A stretch of DNA of 64,000 nt from a candidate division FCPU426 bacterium (lineage in GTDB: Bacteria; Oederibacteriota; Muellerivitia; Muellerivitales; Muellerivitaceae), in NCBI GenBank assembly GCA_963719085.1, contig CAVRAL010000004.1, positions 448,001-512,000 of the forward strand. The letters are read 5' to 3'. The notes beneath the pieces were generated by a model that worked only from the letters and a program-made list of their open reading frames with translations, was not told where the DNA came from and did no database searches. Of this stretch, positions 19,152-29,946 are shown in pieces. The stretch's first letter is position 1; each line of letters opens with the position of its first letter. The position numbers and the translations under genes were made by a program.

Positions 19152-21782
19152 ATGCAAGCAACTCCTGGTAAATCCGAAAACGTATCGCCGCTTCCGAAGC
19201 CGGCAAACGCCAAGGTGCCCGACATTACTTCTGAGTCAATACCGGACACTTTGGCGGGACTTCGTGTAAATTCTGAAACCGGACTGACCAGTGCGGAAGT
19301 CGAAACGCGGCGGAAAGAAAATGGTTTTAATGAAGTAGCCGTTAAAAAGGAACATCCGGCCCTCAAGTTTCTTGGGAAGTTTTGGGGATTGTCTGCTTGG
19401 ATGCTCGAATCGATCATGATGTTGTCGGCAATACTGGGGAAAATTCCTGATCTGGTCGTGGTGGGAGTGCTCCTAGTCGTCAACGCGGTGGTGAGTTTTA
19501 CCCAGGAACACCGGGCCGCTGGTGTCGTAGAGACCCTTAGGAAGCGACTTCAAGTCAGCGCCCGAGTATTACGCGAGTCGTCTTGGCGGCTAATTCCCGC
19601 CAGGGAGTTGGTTCCCGGGGATATCATTCGTGTTCGCCCCGGGGACATTATTCCCGCCGATGCCAAGCTTTTGAACGGGGCTTTGAGCATTGATGAATCG
19701 GCCCTGACGGGCGAGTCCAAAGACGCCGACAAAGCCCCCGGCGGAGTACTTTCTTCGGGATCCATCGTCCGGCGCGGTGAAGGCGGTTGCGTAGTGATGC
19801 TAACCGGGGCCAAGACCTTTTTTGGCCGAACCACCGAGCTGGTCCGGGAAGCCCATCCGAAACTTCACCTAGAAGCAGTGGTTGCGAAGGTGGTCCGTTG
19901 GCTCCTTTTGATCGTGGGGGCTTTGCTTATTGTGGTCATCTTGTTGTCCCTTATTCGTGGCATACCTCTCCTCCAGACGCTCCCGCTTTTACTCATACTA
20001 TTGATGACTGCGGTGCCGGTCGCCCTACCCGTCATGTTCGCGGTCAGTATGGCCGTCGGATCCAAGGAACTAGCGAAGGTCGGCGTCTTGGTGACACGCC
20101 TTAACGCGGCTGAGGACGCGGCCACAATGGATGTCCTTTGCGTGGATAAAACGGGGACGATCACCCTTAACCAACTGGCGGTTACCGGCGTGATCCCTCA
20201 GGAACAGGTGTCGGAAGCCGAAGTATTGTCCGCCGGGGCGCTTGCTTCCCAAGAGGCAAATCAGGACCCCATTGACCTGGCATTCCTTGCCGCGTCGAAA
20301 GAACGGCGGCTTTTCGAAGGCAAGGCGGCCTTCGTTCCGGTTTCTTTTGTGCCCTTTGACGCTAAAAACCGGCGGACGGAGGCCGTGGTCGAACAAAACG
20401 GCCAACGGACGCGCGTAATGAAAGGAGCCGTGGAAACAGTCGCCCAAGCTTGCGGTTTCCAGCTCCCCGCCATCCAGGCTTTGGAGGCCAGGACGGGCGA
20501 AGCGGCAGCAAAAGGATTTAGGACCTTGGCGGTTGCGCGGGGTCCTGAAGCAGGTCCTTTGGTATTGCTCGGATTGGTGACTCTTTATGACCCGCCTAGG
20601 CCTGACGCGAAGCAACTGATCTCTGAACTCAAGGACTTAGGTGTACCGGTCAAGATGCTCACCGGGGACGCATTGGCGGTTGCGAGAGAGACCGGCCAAG
20701 GGGTCGGGTTACCCAATATCCGGCCCGTCTCGGATTTGAAAAAGAACTCTTCCCCTACAGACCAGCGGATGGACTTATTGGCCGGGGCGGATGGATTCGC
20801 CGAGGTGTACCCGGAGGATAAATATACGGTCGTAAAGCATTTGCAGACGGCGGGCCATGTGACCGGGATGACCGGGGACGGTGTCAATGACGCGCCCGCC
20901 TTGCGCCAAGCCGAAGTGGGCATTGCCGTCAGCACCGCCACCGATGTGGCGAAGGGGGCCGCCAGCGTTGTCCTCACCGAACCGGGATTGACCAACATCG
21001 TGGCGTTAATCAAGCAGGGCCGGGCTATTTACCAGCGAATCCTGACTTGGATTATCAACAAGATAAGCAGGGGTATTTTGAAAGCCGCTTTCGTCGCCAT
21101 TGCCTTCGTGTTAACCGGAAAATTCGTCATTTCGGCTTTGGCCATGCTGTTACTCGTTTTCGTTTTGGACTTCGCGACGATCGCCTTGGCCACCGACCGT
21201 GTCCGTCCCTCCGGAAAGCCGGAAACCTGGGCCATCGGGGGTTTCATCACCGTTTCCATCGTGATCGGGCTTGCGATGGTTGCGGAAACACTTCTATTCC
21301 TGTGGATGGGTTGGTCGCGGCTGGGTTTGTCGGCGGATAGCTATGCTCTTTGCACCTTTAGCTTTTTGATCCTGCTTTATTTCAGCGTTTTTTCAAGCGT
21401 TTCCCTGCGGGAACGGCGCTGGTTCTGGGCAACCTCGCCCAGTAAATTCTTTATTGCGGCTCTCATGGCGGGAGCGCTAGGCGGAACTCTCCTGACCTTT
21501 GTGGGACTTCCGGGGCTTCCGGCATTACCTGGTTGGCAGACAATCGTGATATTGGTTTATGCCCTCGTTTCGTGCTTAATCGTGAACGATGCCTTAAAGG
21601 TCGGAATTATCAAATGGAGTATTCTAAATAATCCGTTCAAGAAACCTGCTGAAATAACCCTGACAGTTCCCCAGCGCGCTTATGAACTTTACGAACAAGG
21701 CGGCCGCAAGGACGGCCATGCGGCCCAAGATTGGGAACAGGCTGAACAGGAAATTTCGGAAAAGCAAAAACTTCACAAATGA
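19152..21782 (+). CDS. Plasma-membrane proton-efflux P-type ATPase (P3A) with C-terminal DUF2934-like domain
   Basis: [34 protein letters not shown]; tail [24 protein letters not shown]. Confidence 0.9.
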   Translation: MQATPGKSENVSPLPKPANAKVPDITSESIPDTLAGLRVNSETGLTSAEVETRRKENGFNEVAVKKEHPALKFLGKFWGLSAWMLESIMMLSAILGKIPDLVVVGVLLVVNAVVSFTQEHRAAGVVETLRKRLQVSARVLRESSWRLIPARELVPGDIIRVRPGDIIPADAKLLNGALSIDESALTGESKDADKAPGGVLSSGSIVRRGEGGCVVMLTGAKTFFGRTTELVREAHPKLHLEAVVAKVVRWLLLIVGALLIVVILLSLIRGIPLLQTLPLLLILLMTAVPVALPVMFAVSMAVGSKELAKVGVLVTRLNAAEDAATMDVLCVDKTGTITLNQLAVTGVIPQEQVSEAEVLSAGALASQEANQDPIDLAFLAASKERRLFEGKAAFVPVSFVPFDAKNRRTEAVVEQNGQRTRVMKGAVETVAQACGFQLPAIQALEARTGEAAAKGFRTLAVARGPEAGPLVLLGLVTLYDPPRPDAKQLISELKDLGVPVKMLTGDALAVARETGQGVGLPNIRPVSDLKKNSSPTDQRMDLLAGADGFAEVYPEDKYTVVKHLQTAGHVTGMTGDGVNDAPALRQAEVGIAVSTATDVAKGAASVVLTEPGLTNIVALIKQGRAIYQRILTWIINKISRGILKAAFVAIAFVLTGKFVISALAMLLLVFVLDFATIALATDRVRPSGKPETWAIGGFITVSIVIGLAMVAETLLFLWMGWSRLGLSADSYALCTFSFLILLYFSVFSSVSLRERRWFWATSPSKFFIAALMAGALGGTLLTFVGLPGLPALPGWQTIVILVYALVSCLIVNDALKVGIIKWSILNNPFKKPAEITLTVPQRAYELYEQGGRKDGHAAQDWEQAEQEISEKQKLHK

Positions 21783-21799
21783 TGATTGGAGGAGAATTC

Positions 21800-22714
21800 A
21801 TGAAAATTGATCCTAAGGATTATCGGGTTAAGGCGGGGCGGGCCATCGAACTCAAAAAGTGGCCTACTCGAATCAAGCCCCTTTACAGTTCGCGGGAGGA
21901 TTATCAAAAAGCCTTGGCCAAACATGTGGAAGAGCTAAGCTCATTACAAAGCCTGCTTTATGCGGACAATCAATATTCAGTGCTTTTAATCTTCCAGGCC
22001 ATGGATGCCGCCGGTAAAGACGGGGCCATCAAACATGTCATGTCCGGGGTCAACCCACAGGGATGCCAGGTTTTCAGCTTCAAGCATCCCAGCGACGAGG
22101 AACTCCAGCATGACTTCCTTTGGCGTACCACCCGTGACCTGCCGGAACGGGGAAAGATCGGAATTTTCAATCGCTCTTACTATGAAGAGGTGCTCATCGC
22201 CAGAGTTCATCCTGAAATTCTTAAAGCGGAACAAATACCGGACAATCTTCTGAATGAGGGATCCGTGTGGGAAGGACGTTATCGTTCCATTGTGGAATTG
22301 GAAAATCATCTTCACCGCAACGGCACCCGGATCATCAAGTTTTTCCTGCACCTTTCCAAGGAGGAACAACGAAAAAGGTTTCTGGACCGGCTGGAAAAGC
22401 CGGAAAAGAATTGGAAGTTCAGCCTGAATGACATTAAAGAACGGGAATATTGGAAGGAATACCGGAAGTCTTACGAGGCCTGCCTGAGCGCCACGAGCAC
22501 CCCAACGGCCCCGTGGTTTGTGGTTCCGGCGGACGATAAGAAGGATGCCAGGCTGATCATTTCACAGGTCATCCTTGATAACCTAAAGGAACTGAAGATG
22601 AGCTATCCAAAACCGAACAAGGGACGTCGGAAAGAACTTAAGATTTCCCGGAACCTTTTAATCGAGCAAGGTAAGAAAATAAATCAGGAAAAAGAGGGTT
22701 CAGTCGAAGGTTAA
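21800..22714 (+). CDS. ppk2: Polyphosphate kinase 2 family (class III-like)
   Basis: [11 protein letters not shown]alker [20 protein letters not shown]. Confidence 0.93.
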   Translation: MKIDPKDYRVKAGRAIELKKWPTRIKPLYSSREDYQKALAKHVEELSSLQSLLYADNQYSVLLIFQAMDAAGKDGAIKHVMSGVNPQGCQVFSFKHPSDEELQHDFLWRTTRDLPERGKIGIFNRSYYEEVLIARVHPEILKAEQIPDNLLNEGSVWEGRYRSIVELENHLHRNGTRIIKFFLHLSKEEQRKRFLDRLEKPEKNWKFSLNDIKEREYWKEYRKSYEACLSATSTPTAPWFVVPADDKKDARLIISQVILDNLKELKMSYPKPNKGRRKELKISRNLLIEQGKKINQEKEGSVEG

Positions 22715-22889
22715 AATTCATAATGCGAAACCTACAAAATCCAATAATTATAACTAATGTTTCAATATACCCGGATGTTCAAAAGCCATACTCAGGGATA
22801 AAGGGGTCAACTTAAAGGCTTTTTCCAGGCTATTTCAAAATCAGGAGGGGGGTCTTGACGCTAATCGGGGGAAGGAGTTAAATATTTTT

Positions 22890-23249
22890 ATGTCCAATTT
22901 GCTTTCACATTTCCGCCGTGTTTCTCTCGCCGGACTGATTACACTCAGTTTGATCCCATTTGCCTGCCAGGCATTGTTAACTATCGTGCTTCATGGGTCC
23001 TGTGTTTCCCAGACCTCCATTTCGAGTGATTCCAGTGGTCACAGGAATGGCGCAAGGACGCTCTTGCGCCAGATTAACTCGCAGGCTCAAGAAGATTCTT
23101 TTAAGGACTTCAAGAAGGTGTTAAACATAATGGCTGTGGCGAACGCCATAGCCATTTTAATTTTATGCAGCGCAAGTTTTTACAGGTTTGTTGTTCTTCC
23201 TAGCTTAAATACCCCTTCGTCGAACCGCCTACTCCCCTTAAGAATTTAA
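22890..23249 (+). CDS. Hypothetical membrane/exported protein
   Basis: AAGGAG RBS, two hydrophobic stretches, ends LLPLRI. Confidence 0.5.
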   Translation: MSNLLSHFRRVSLAGLITLSLIPFACQALLTIVLHGSCVSQTSISSDSSGHRNGARTLLRQINSQAQEDSFKDFKKVLNIMAVANAIAILILCSASFYRFVVLPSLNTPSSNRLLPLRI

Positions 23250-23381
23250 AGTCCAATTTAAATTTTTTTGATTACCCCAGAAAAGGGTAATTATTCCTTT
23301 ATGCATTTATTGCATATCGGTTTTCCGCGTTTCAATTCAACTTACCCACAAACCTATTGTTTTCAAGAAAAGGAACTAAAC

Positions 23382-23660
23382 ATGGAATGGAAATTGACTA
23401 TACCCAACCCGACCGGCCTCCGTTTTGAAATCTTGTCGAATTTATGGAAAATCGCCACCCAGTTCAAAGGCCATATTCAAATTCGAAAAGGGCGGGTTTG
23501 GGCCGATGCCAAAAGTTACATCCAGGTGGTTGCCCTAATCAACGCCACGGGAAAAAAGATGGAAGTAAAGGTCCAAGGCGAAAACGCGAGAGAAATTCTG
23601 GAAACGATTCGAGGCTTACTGCTGGAAAAACATCCTGTCGAAATTATGAACAAGCCATGA
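23382..23660 (+). CDS. HPr-family protein lacking the catalytic His15
   Basis: IPNPTGLRFE replaces the GLHAR motif; DAKS (Ser46 region) and VQGENA retained. Confidence 0.75.
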   Translation: MEWKLTIPNPTGLRFEILSNLWKIATQFKGHIQIRKGRVWADAKSYIQVVALINATGKKMEVKVQGENAREILETIRGLLLEKHPVEIMNKP

Positions 23661-23720
23661 GGCCATTCGATTTCCGGGGGCGGAATTAGTCGCCCCTGAT
23701 TTCTTTCAAAAGGATGTTTG

Positions 23721-23906
23721 ATGGATTGCCGGGAAATTCACTCACTTTACAAAGATTTTGTTCAAGGAAAATTATCCTCCGCTCAAACCGAGTTTATTAA
23801 AGAGCACATCTGGGACTGTCCGGATTGTGTTTTATTGAACGCGGAAGAACGAAAAATTTATTTGGAAGAGCATCGCAATCAACTAAAGGACGAAAACTTG
23901 AATTAG
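23721..23906 (+). CDS. Stand-alone zf-HC2 (anti-sigma zinc finger) protein
   Basis: MDC...EHIWDCPDC (C/HxxxCxxC). Confidence 0.75.
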   Translation: MDCREIHSLYKDFVQGKLSSAQTEFIKEHIWDCPDCVLLNAEERKIYLEEHRNQLKDENLN

Positions 23907-24101
23907 TGACGTTCAGAAAAGATTTCGAGGAATCGTCCGTAGTGATTTTTTTCCATACGTTGAAGTGATGATTTTTTTCGGATTTTTACTTAAACCGGAT
24001 TTTGATTCGGGGTTTTGGTGTCAATCACTCACTTATCGCCGTCTTGAAACGCTGAAAGGTTTCGGTCGATAAGTCTTCGTTGTTCTGTCGGGAGGAATTA
24101 C

Positions 24102-25361
24102 ATGAAGCGGACAAACATTTTTTTGTTTTTTGTTTTTTTGTTCACAACCAGCGCTCTTTTCGCCCAATTTCGCGGCGGGGGAGCACATGCCGGTGGAAGC
24201 GGGGGCGGGTATGGCGGGGGAAGCGGATGGAGCAGCGGCAGCAACCGGGGGGATGGCGAAGCGGGCGGCGGTCATGAAAATTATGGAAACGCTTCCAATT
24301 CGATAAATCGCGGCGTTTCGGGGGGCTATTCGAACCAAAGCAATGGCCGTTTGGGCGGGGTTTACCATCCTGGAACATCTCAAAGTTTTTCTCGAAATCG
24401 GACCCGTTTTTATCAGTCGAATCATCGAGATAGTTGGAGTTATTCCAGGGCTTATTCAGGATCAAACTTTAATGGAACCCACCAATACCAAGCCGCAAGG
24501 AATTATCCCCCCGCTTATTCGTACACCAACAGAAATGGAATTGGTTTTCAAAATTCAAGGAACATTGGCGCTACCAAGCTGGGACGTTCTACCGCCAATG
24601 GGAACCAACTCTTGTCGGCTGGCAACCTCCGGCACACTTCGGTGTTGCTACCGACTCGGGGTTTCGGTGGCGGCGTCCTATCCGCCTCGGTTATCCCATC
24701 CCGAAATATGAGCGGGAAAGCGGTCCGAAATCAAATGTCGGCCATTGCCCATAACTCAAATTTCAGCAGAAACATTAACGCCCACAACGGCTCTGAAAAT
24801 AGGTCGGGACATTATTATTGGCATAACTGGAATGGAGGCCAATATTGTCACTACCGTGATCAGTGGGGATGCAATTGGTATGGATGGTATGCGGGGAATG
24901 ACTGTTTTTGGACCCAATATTATCTGGACAATTGGTGGTGGTATGACCCCTCTTATTCCCGTTGGTGTTATTGGGATGACGGTTGGTGTTGGCAAGATCC
25001 GGCTTCAAATGTTTACGTCTATAACGACGGGAGTTATCTTCCGACGGAAACATCCGTAAATGACGGTTCGGACAGCGATGGCGGGCCCAGCGAAACGACA
25101 AGCGGCGGGGACGCGACTCCGACTTCTTTTCAAAGCCTGGATAATTCACGCACGATCAATTTGGAAGGACCGGACAACGACGCCATTTTGTACAAATCGG
25201 ATGAAAACGATTCATCAAGCCGTCCCATTTTTCTCGCTTCCCATGTCACGGAAGCCAAGTTTTCAAACCCCGATCAGGGCCCGCTCCGCATCCTGCTCTT
25301 TATGGATGATGGAAATTTCGAGTTGTTCAACGCGGATGGAGCGCGACTGGATCGCGACTAG
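24102..25361 (+). CDS. Exported Gly/Asn-rich protein with Trp-rich domain
   Basis: GGAGG RBS, signal peptide, WWWYDPSYSRWCYW segment. Confidence 0.7.
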   Translation: MKRTNIFLFFVFLFTTSALFAQFRGGGAHAGGSGGGYGGGSGWSSGSNRGDGEAGGGHENYGNASNSINRGVSGGYSNQSNGRLGGVYHPGTSQSFSRNRTRFYQSNHRDSWSYSRAYSGSNFNGTHQYQAARNYPPAYSYTNRNGIGFQNSRNIGATKLGRSTANGNQLLSAGNLRHTSVLLPTRGFGGGVLSASVIPSRNMSGKAVRNQMSAIAHNSNFSRNINAHNGSENRSGHYYWHNWNGGQYCHYRDQWGCNWYGWYAGNDCFWTQYYLDNWWWYDPSYSRWCYWDDGWCWQDPASNVYVYNDGSYLPTETSVNDGSDSDGGPSETTSGGDATPTSFQSLDNSRTINLEGPDNDAILYKSDENDSSSRPIFLASHVTEAKFSNPDQGPLRILLFMDDGNFELFNADGARLDRD

Positions 25362-25431
25362 GTTCAAAAGATTGTCATGACACAAAAGTTTAATTTCATT
25401 GGCGGGAATTAATTCAACTTCGGAGGGCAAA

Positions 25432-25803
25432 ATGCGAATGGGCATTGTTGGATTGGGAAAATTGGGCATATATATCACGCGAAACCTCATGGGGTGCGGT
25501 CATGAATGTGTGGTGTTTGACTATCAAGTCAAGTTGGTTAGGTCGCTGGTAAAAGAGGGGGCCATACCAGCGCCTTATTTTGACGACTTACTAAAGAAGA
25601 TTCCGAATCCCAGGATTATTTGGCTGACATTGCCATCGGAAAATCACATTGAAAGGATCTTGAGTATCTTGGCTTTGATTTTAGATCCCGGGGACCTGGT
25701 GATTTATGTTCGCGAATCTCGTTTAGGTAATGCTCCTCAAGGATTGAATAATTCGGAAACTAGCGGTTGGAATTTAATGGGTGGTCTTAAAAGAAGTCGT
25801 TGA
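25432..25803 (+). pseudogene. Truncated 6-phosphogluconate dehydrogenase-like NAD-binding fragment
   Basis: MGIVGLGKLG, GHECVVFD, PRIIWLTLP, LDPGDLVI; diverges where DGGNS is expected and stops at about 123 aa. Confidence 0.7.
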
Positions 25804-25908
25804 ACGAAACGCTTTTCGAAAATATTTTAAAAACATGATCGCAAAATTTCCAAGTTCTTCTAAAAAATAAACCAGTATCACTTGGAAATTTACGGAAGGA
25901 TTTAAATT

Positions 25909-26910
25909 ATGCTTAGCCTGTCTCATGAAACCGTTTTAAAGACGTTCCTACTTTTGGCGGGGTTGGCCTTGGGCCATTCGTTTGCCTGCGCCGGTGAGCT
26001 TGCCTTTTCTAAGCCTGAGCAATTAACGACCATTCCCTGGTTCAACGGTTCTAACCAGGGCGTTTCCCCCAATGGACCTGAGTGGTTAGTAGTGGACAAC
26101 CAAAGACGTTATTGGCTGGAAGAGGGCACGGATTTTAGACTTTACACCAGCAACGGACATTATCTCCGGACTGTCTCCCCTCTTGATAAGCAGATGGATT
26201 TCTACGGATTGGCGTCGACGGAAGCACTACCAGATGGCCACATCATATTGTTACAACGACAGGAAACACGATCGGAACAAGAGCGGAAGTTTAATTATGA
26301 GAATCGATCACAGCCGGGAGTCCTATTGATCGTTCTCAAAAACGATGGAACAGTTGAAAAGGAGAAGGTGGAAGTTGACCCTCACGAACCCCATTCGGAT
26401 TATTACTTGGAAGGCCGAACCCTTTACAGCATCCATGATGACGGAACCTATGAGCAATTGGATTCCATTGGCTCCCGCTCCATAGACCATCATTTCGGAA
26501 ACTTCGCCGCTGTTGATGACCCAAAGAATTGGCTGGCCCATGTGAAGACACTACCGATCTTCCATTCCGAAAACAGGTATTACCAGGATATGAGCGGAAA
26601 ACTTCATGCGGACAAAAACGCGAAATCATTCCTGATGGGTCAGCCTTTTGTTGAAGGGACTTCCCCTTTGGCGGAAAGAAACGGGATTATCTATTACCGA
26701 GTGGTGTGTTGCCCTCTTGGCAATTTCACTCATAAGGTTTTCGTGGAGGACCCAATCCATAAGAACTATGCCCTTATTGACCTAGTGGCCGAGGACGAGG
26801 ACCTGGACGCCGCCAACAACCGTGCCCTTTTCGTAAATGAAAAGGGAGACTTGTTCGAAGGAGTCGCGGAAAAAGAAGGTTACAGGATTTATGAGTGGAA
26901 AATCCTCTAA
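25909..26910 (+). CDS. Hypothetical exported protein
   Basis: Signal peptide, 333-aa ORF with RBS. Confidence 0.65.
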   Translation: MLSLSHETVLKTFLLLAGLALGHSFACAGELAFSKPEQLTTIPWFNGSNQGVSPNGPEWLVVDNQRRYWLEEGTDFRLYTSNGHYLRTVSPLDKQMDFYGLASTEALPDGHIILLQRQETRSEQERKFNYENRSQPGVLLIVLKNDGTVEKEKVEVDPHEPHSDYYLEGRTLYSIHDDGTYEQLDSIGSRSIDHHFGNFAAVDDPKNWLAHVKTLPIFHSENRYYQDMSGKLHADKNAKSFLMGQPFVEGTSPLAERNGIIYYRVVCCPLGNFTHKVFVEDPIHKNYALIDLVAEDEDLDAANNRALFVNEKGDLFEGVAEKEGYRIYEWKIL

Positions 26911-27060
26911 TGAAATGCAGATCGAATTATTTTTCCACGGACCGGAACAAAAGCACCGTTTCTTTTCTCTCGGAATTCATGTCTACCCCCGGGTTAAATG
27001 GTTGAATATCCGATTTCAGGATAACCGGTTAATAGGGCCATCGATATGACTTCGGTCATG

Positions 27061-27453
27061 TCAGCCTTCCCACAATAGGTAAATGGCCATGGCCATACCT
27101 ACTAAAATGAGGCAGGAGGCCGTGACCAAGCCCAGCCATGAAAAGCTGGGTTCGGGGTTCTCGCCCCGGTGGAAGCGTGAAATGAACCGGTAATAATCCA
27201 CCGTGGATCCAACCTGTATGAGGACACTCAAAAACACTAAGCTTGTGCCGATCCACATGGACCAACTAGGTTGGGCGGCGGCCTGAACGGGTTCGTTGAG
27301 CCGAATCATGCGCAGGAAGAGGCCGAAGCGGGCCACCACGAAGCCGAAACCCATCAGGGCCAAGCCGGTTCGTAGCCAAGCAAGGAAAGTGCGTTCCTTC
27401 GCCCAGTAGATCCGGGGGTCTTGGGTAGCCGAATTCTTTTTTTGTACTTTCAT
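27061..27453 (-). CDS. DUF202/YidH family membrane protein
   Basis: DPR..AKERTFLAWLRTGLALMGFGF motif, three TM helices. Confidence 0.9.
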   Translation of the reverse strand: MKVQKKNSATQDPRIYWAKERTFLAWLRTGLALMGFGFVVARFGLFLRMIRLNEPVQAAAQPSWSMWIGTSLVFLSVLIQVGSTVDYYRFISRFHRGENPEPSFSWLGLVTASCLILVGMAMAIYLLWEG

Positions 27454-27645
27454 GAGACTATTTTGAGGCCTGGACAAGCAAAAGGCCACTTTCTTTTTAA
27501 AGAGCCGAATAAAATAAGACAGCAGTCTCGATACACTTAATTTTTTGAAAAACGGAAACAGCATTTTTAAAACAAGCGCTTTTGAACGATATGGCGAGGT
27601 GTTCAGCGGGGCTTTCAAAACGCTCGTCGGTTTGGTGTTCTGGGT

Positions 27646-28290
27646 ATGGCCTGTTCTTTAAAGGAGTTCCTGGTGCCGAATCGGGAAGAGCATTGGGAAA
27701 AGATCTATTCCGAGAAAAATCCGGATGAGGTGAGTTGGTTCCAGGAAGTCCCAAAAAAATCCCTCGACCTGATAAACCTGTCCGGAGTTTCAAAGGACGG
27801 GAATGTAATTGATGTTGGCGGGGGGGCATCGGTCTTGGTGGATCGCCTCTTGGAAAACGGGATGAAAAACATCACGGTTTTGGACATTTCCAGCAAGGCT
27901 CTCGAATATGCGAAAAAGAGGCTTGGAAACCGGGCCCAACAGGTGAAATGGGTGGTGGCCGACGTAACCCAATTCAACCCTTCGGAAAAGTTCGATTTAT
28001 GGCACGACAGGGCGGTTTTTCATTTTTTAACGGAGGCATCCGACCGTAAACGATATGCCGAAATAGTCGGCCATTCCATTAAACCCGGGGGCCATTTGAT
28101 CCTGGCTTCGTTCGCGTTGGACGGCCCGGACAAATGTAGTAACTTGCCGGTTTGCCGGTATGACGGCGAAATGATCGAACACGAGCTTGGAAATAATTTC
28201 AAATTGATTAAAGAAGATTCTGAAACCCATTTAACACCTTGGAAGAAAGAGCAAAAATTCAGGTATTTTTTATTCTCTAAAACATTATAA
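27646..28290 (+). CDS. Class I SAM-dependent methyltransferase
   Basis: HWEKIY..EVSWFQ, IDVGGGAS, WHDRAVFHFL, GPDKCS. Confidence 0.9.
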   Translation: MACSLKEFLVPNREEHWEKIYSEKNPDEVSWFQEVPKKSLDLINLSGVSKDGNVIDVGGGASVLVDRLLENGMKNITVLDISSKALEYAKKRLGNRAQQVKWVVADVTQFNPSEKFDLWHDRAVFHFLTEASDRKRYAEIVGHSIKPGGHLILASFALDGPDKCSNLPVCRYDGEMIEHELGNNFKLIKEDSETHLTPWKKEQKFRYFLFSKTL

Positions 28291-28416
28291 GACTGCTTTA
28301 GAACTGTTGTTTTCAAGCGATGGCCTTCCCCTGGCCTTTGCCTGCCTTTGTTGGTCCCTGCAACATCCTTCTCCGGGGCTTCGTCCCGGGTCCCCCACAA
28401 AACCCCTAAAAGCCCC

Positions 28417-28448
28417 TTGACCCTGAAGTATACTCCAGCATTTATACT
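28417..28448 (+). promoter_or_regulatory. MerR-type promoter/operator (20-bp spacer)
   Basis: TTGACC 28417-28422, dyad CTGAAGTA/TACTCCAG 28423-28438, TATACT 28443-28448. Confidence 0.85.
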
Positions 28449-28465
28449 TTCCCCCGGAGTCGAAA

Positions 28466-28843
28466 ATGAAAATAAACGGATCGTTCTTACAAATCGGGCA
28501 AGTGTCCAAGCAAAGCGGGATGTCCATTGACACCATCCGGTATTACGAAAAGGAAGGCTTGCTGAAAAAACCGTCCCGAAGCGCGGGGGGATTCAGGCTT
28601 TACCCCAAGGAAGCCGTCGATCAATTGGTTTTCATCCGGAAGGCCCAGGGAATGGGCCTCACACTTGGCGAGATCAAGAAAATAACCTGTTGTGGGGACA
28701 AAGGGCTGGGGCCCTGTTGCGACCTGACCGTTGACCTGTTCACCAAGAAGATCAACGAGTTCGAGGCGAAGATTTCTGAAATTCAGGGGATGAAAAAGAA
28801 GTTAAAGACGGTTTTGGGCGGTTGGGTAAAAAACAAGAAGTAG
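28466..28843 (+). CDS. MerR-family metal-responsive regulator with two vicinal Cys pairs
   Basis: IGQVSKQSG..TIRYYE..GLL, GFRLY, FIRKAQGMGLTLGEIK; C75-C76 and C84-C85. Confidence 0.92.
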   Translation: MKINGSFLQIGQVSKQSGMSIDTIRYYEKEGLLKKPSRSAGGFRLYPKEAVDQLVFIRKAQGMGLTLGEIKKITCCGDKGLGPCCDLTVDLFTKKINEFEAKISEIQGMKKKLKTVLGGWVKNKK

Positions 28844-28854
28844 GGGGAATGGCT

Positions 28855-29268
28855 ATGCGGGCTCACTTGTCCATCGATGTTGAGAATGTCGAAAAATCGG
28901 TTGAATTTTACGAGAAGGTTTTTGGCGAAAAACCCCAAAAACAATCCGATCACTACGCCAAGTTCGACCTCAAGAATCCCGCCCTGAACTTCTCCATGCA
29001 AAGCCATGTAGGGCATCCCTCCAGCCGGGTAAACCATCTTGGCATAGAGGTTGATTCTCCCCAGGACTTGGCCAATTGGCAGGCAAGACTGCAAGCCCAA
29101 GGGCTTGTGAAAAGGGTGGAAACCCAAACATCCTGTTGTTTCGCGCGGCAGGATAAGCTTTGGTTCGAGGACCCGGATGGCAATGCCTGGGAAGTCTTCC
29201 ACGTCTATGAACAACTGCCCCTCCACGCTTCCGCCATGAAAGACAGCCAGTGTTGCCCCAAACCCTGA
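28855..29268 (+). CDS. arsI: ArsI/CadI-family VOC metalloenzyme (putative C-As lyase)
   Basis: HLSIDV, YAKF, NHLGIEV, CCFARQDK, DPDGNAWEVF. Confidence 0.85.
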   Translation: MRAHLSIDVENVEKSVEFYEKVFGEKPQKQSDHYAKFDLKNPALNFSMQSHVGHPSSRVNHLGIEVDSPQDLANWQARLQAQGLVKRVETQTSCCFARQDKLWFEDPDGNAWEVFHVYEQLPLHASAMKDSQCCPKP

Positions 29269-29942
29269 TTCTTTGGAAAAAATCTCTGGCCGAGGGCGTT
29301 GGGACCTTCACCCTCGTTTTCGCCGGATGTGGGGCCATCATGGTGGCCGAGAGGTATCCCGGAACCCTTTCACACGCTTCCATATCGATTGTCTTCGGCT
29401 TGGCGGTGGCCGTCATGATTTACGCCGTGGGCCATATCTCAGGGGCCCACTTTAATCCCGCCGTCACCCTAGCCTTCGCGGTCGCTAGGCACTTTCCCTT
29501 CCAGGAAGTCCTGGCTTATTGGACGGCCCAGCTCTTGGGCGGCTTGGCCGCGATCGGTGCCCTAAAGTTGATGCTCCCTCCCGGCCATTCTTACGGGGCG
29601 ACCGTCCCGACCGTGCCCCTCATACCGGCCTTGGCGTGGGAAATCATCCTGACTTTTTTCCTCATGTTCGTGATTGTGGCCGTGGCCACCGATACCCGGG
29701 CCGTGGGAACCATGGCCGGGGCGGCCATCGGGGGCACGGTCATGATGGCGGCTTGGGTTGGCGGGCCGATCACCGGTGCTTCCATGAATCCCGTCAGGTC
29801 GTTCGCCCCGGCGGTATTTGAGGGGCAGTTGGGAGTGATGTGGATTTACCTTTTGGGGCCTTGTCTGGGGGCGGTTCTAGCCGCATTGTTTTACGAGGCC
29901 ATCCGAATGACACCTGGCAACGGGAAAAACAATAAGGAGTAG
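29250..29942 (+). CDS. MIP-family aquaporin/aquaglyceroporin (putative arsenite channel)
   Basis: [10 protein letters not shown] and ASMNPVRS (NPA/NPV) motifs; within ars cluster. Confidence 0.92.
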   Translation: MLPQTLILWKKSLAEGVGTFTLVFAGCGAIMVAERYPGTLSHASISIVFGLAVAVMIYAVGHISGAHFNPAVTLAFAVARHFPFQEVLAYWTAQLLGGLAAIGALKLMLPPGHSYGATVPTVPLIPALAWEIILTFFLMFVIVAVATDTRAVGTMAGAAIGGTVMMAAWVGGPITGASMNPVRSFAPAVFEGQLGVMWIYLLGPCLGAVLAALFYEAIRMTPGNGKNNKE

Positions 29943-29946
29943 GCTT

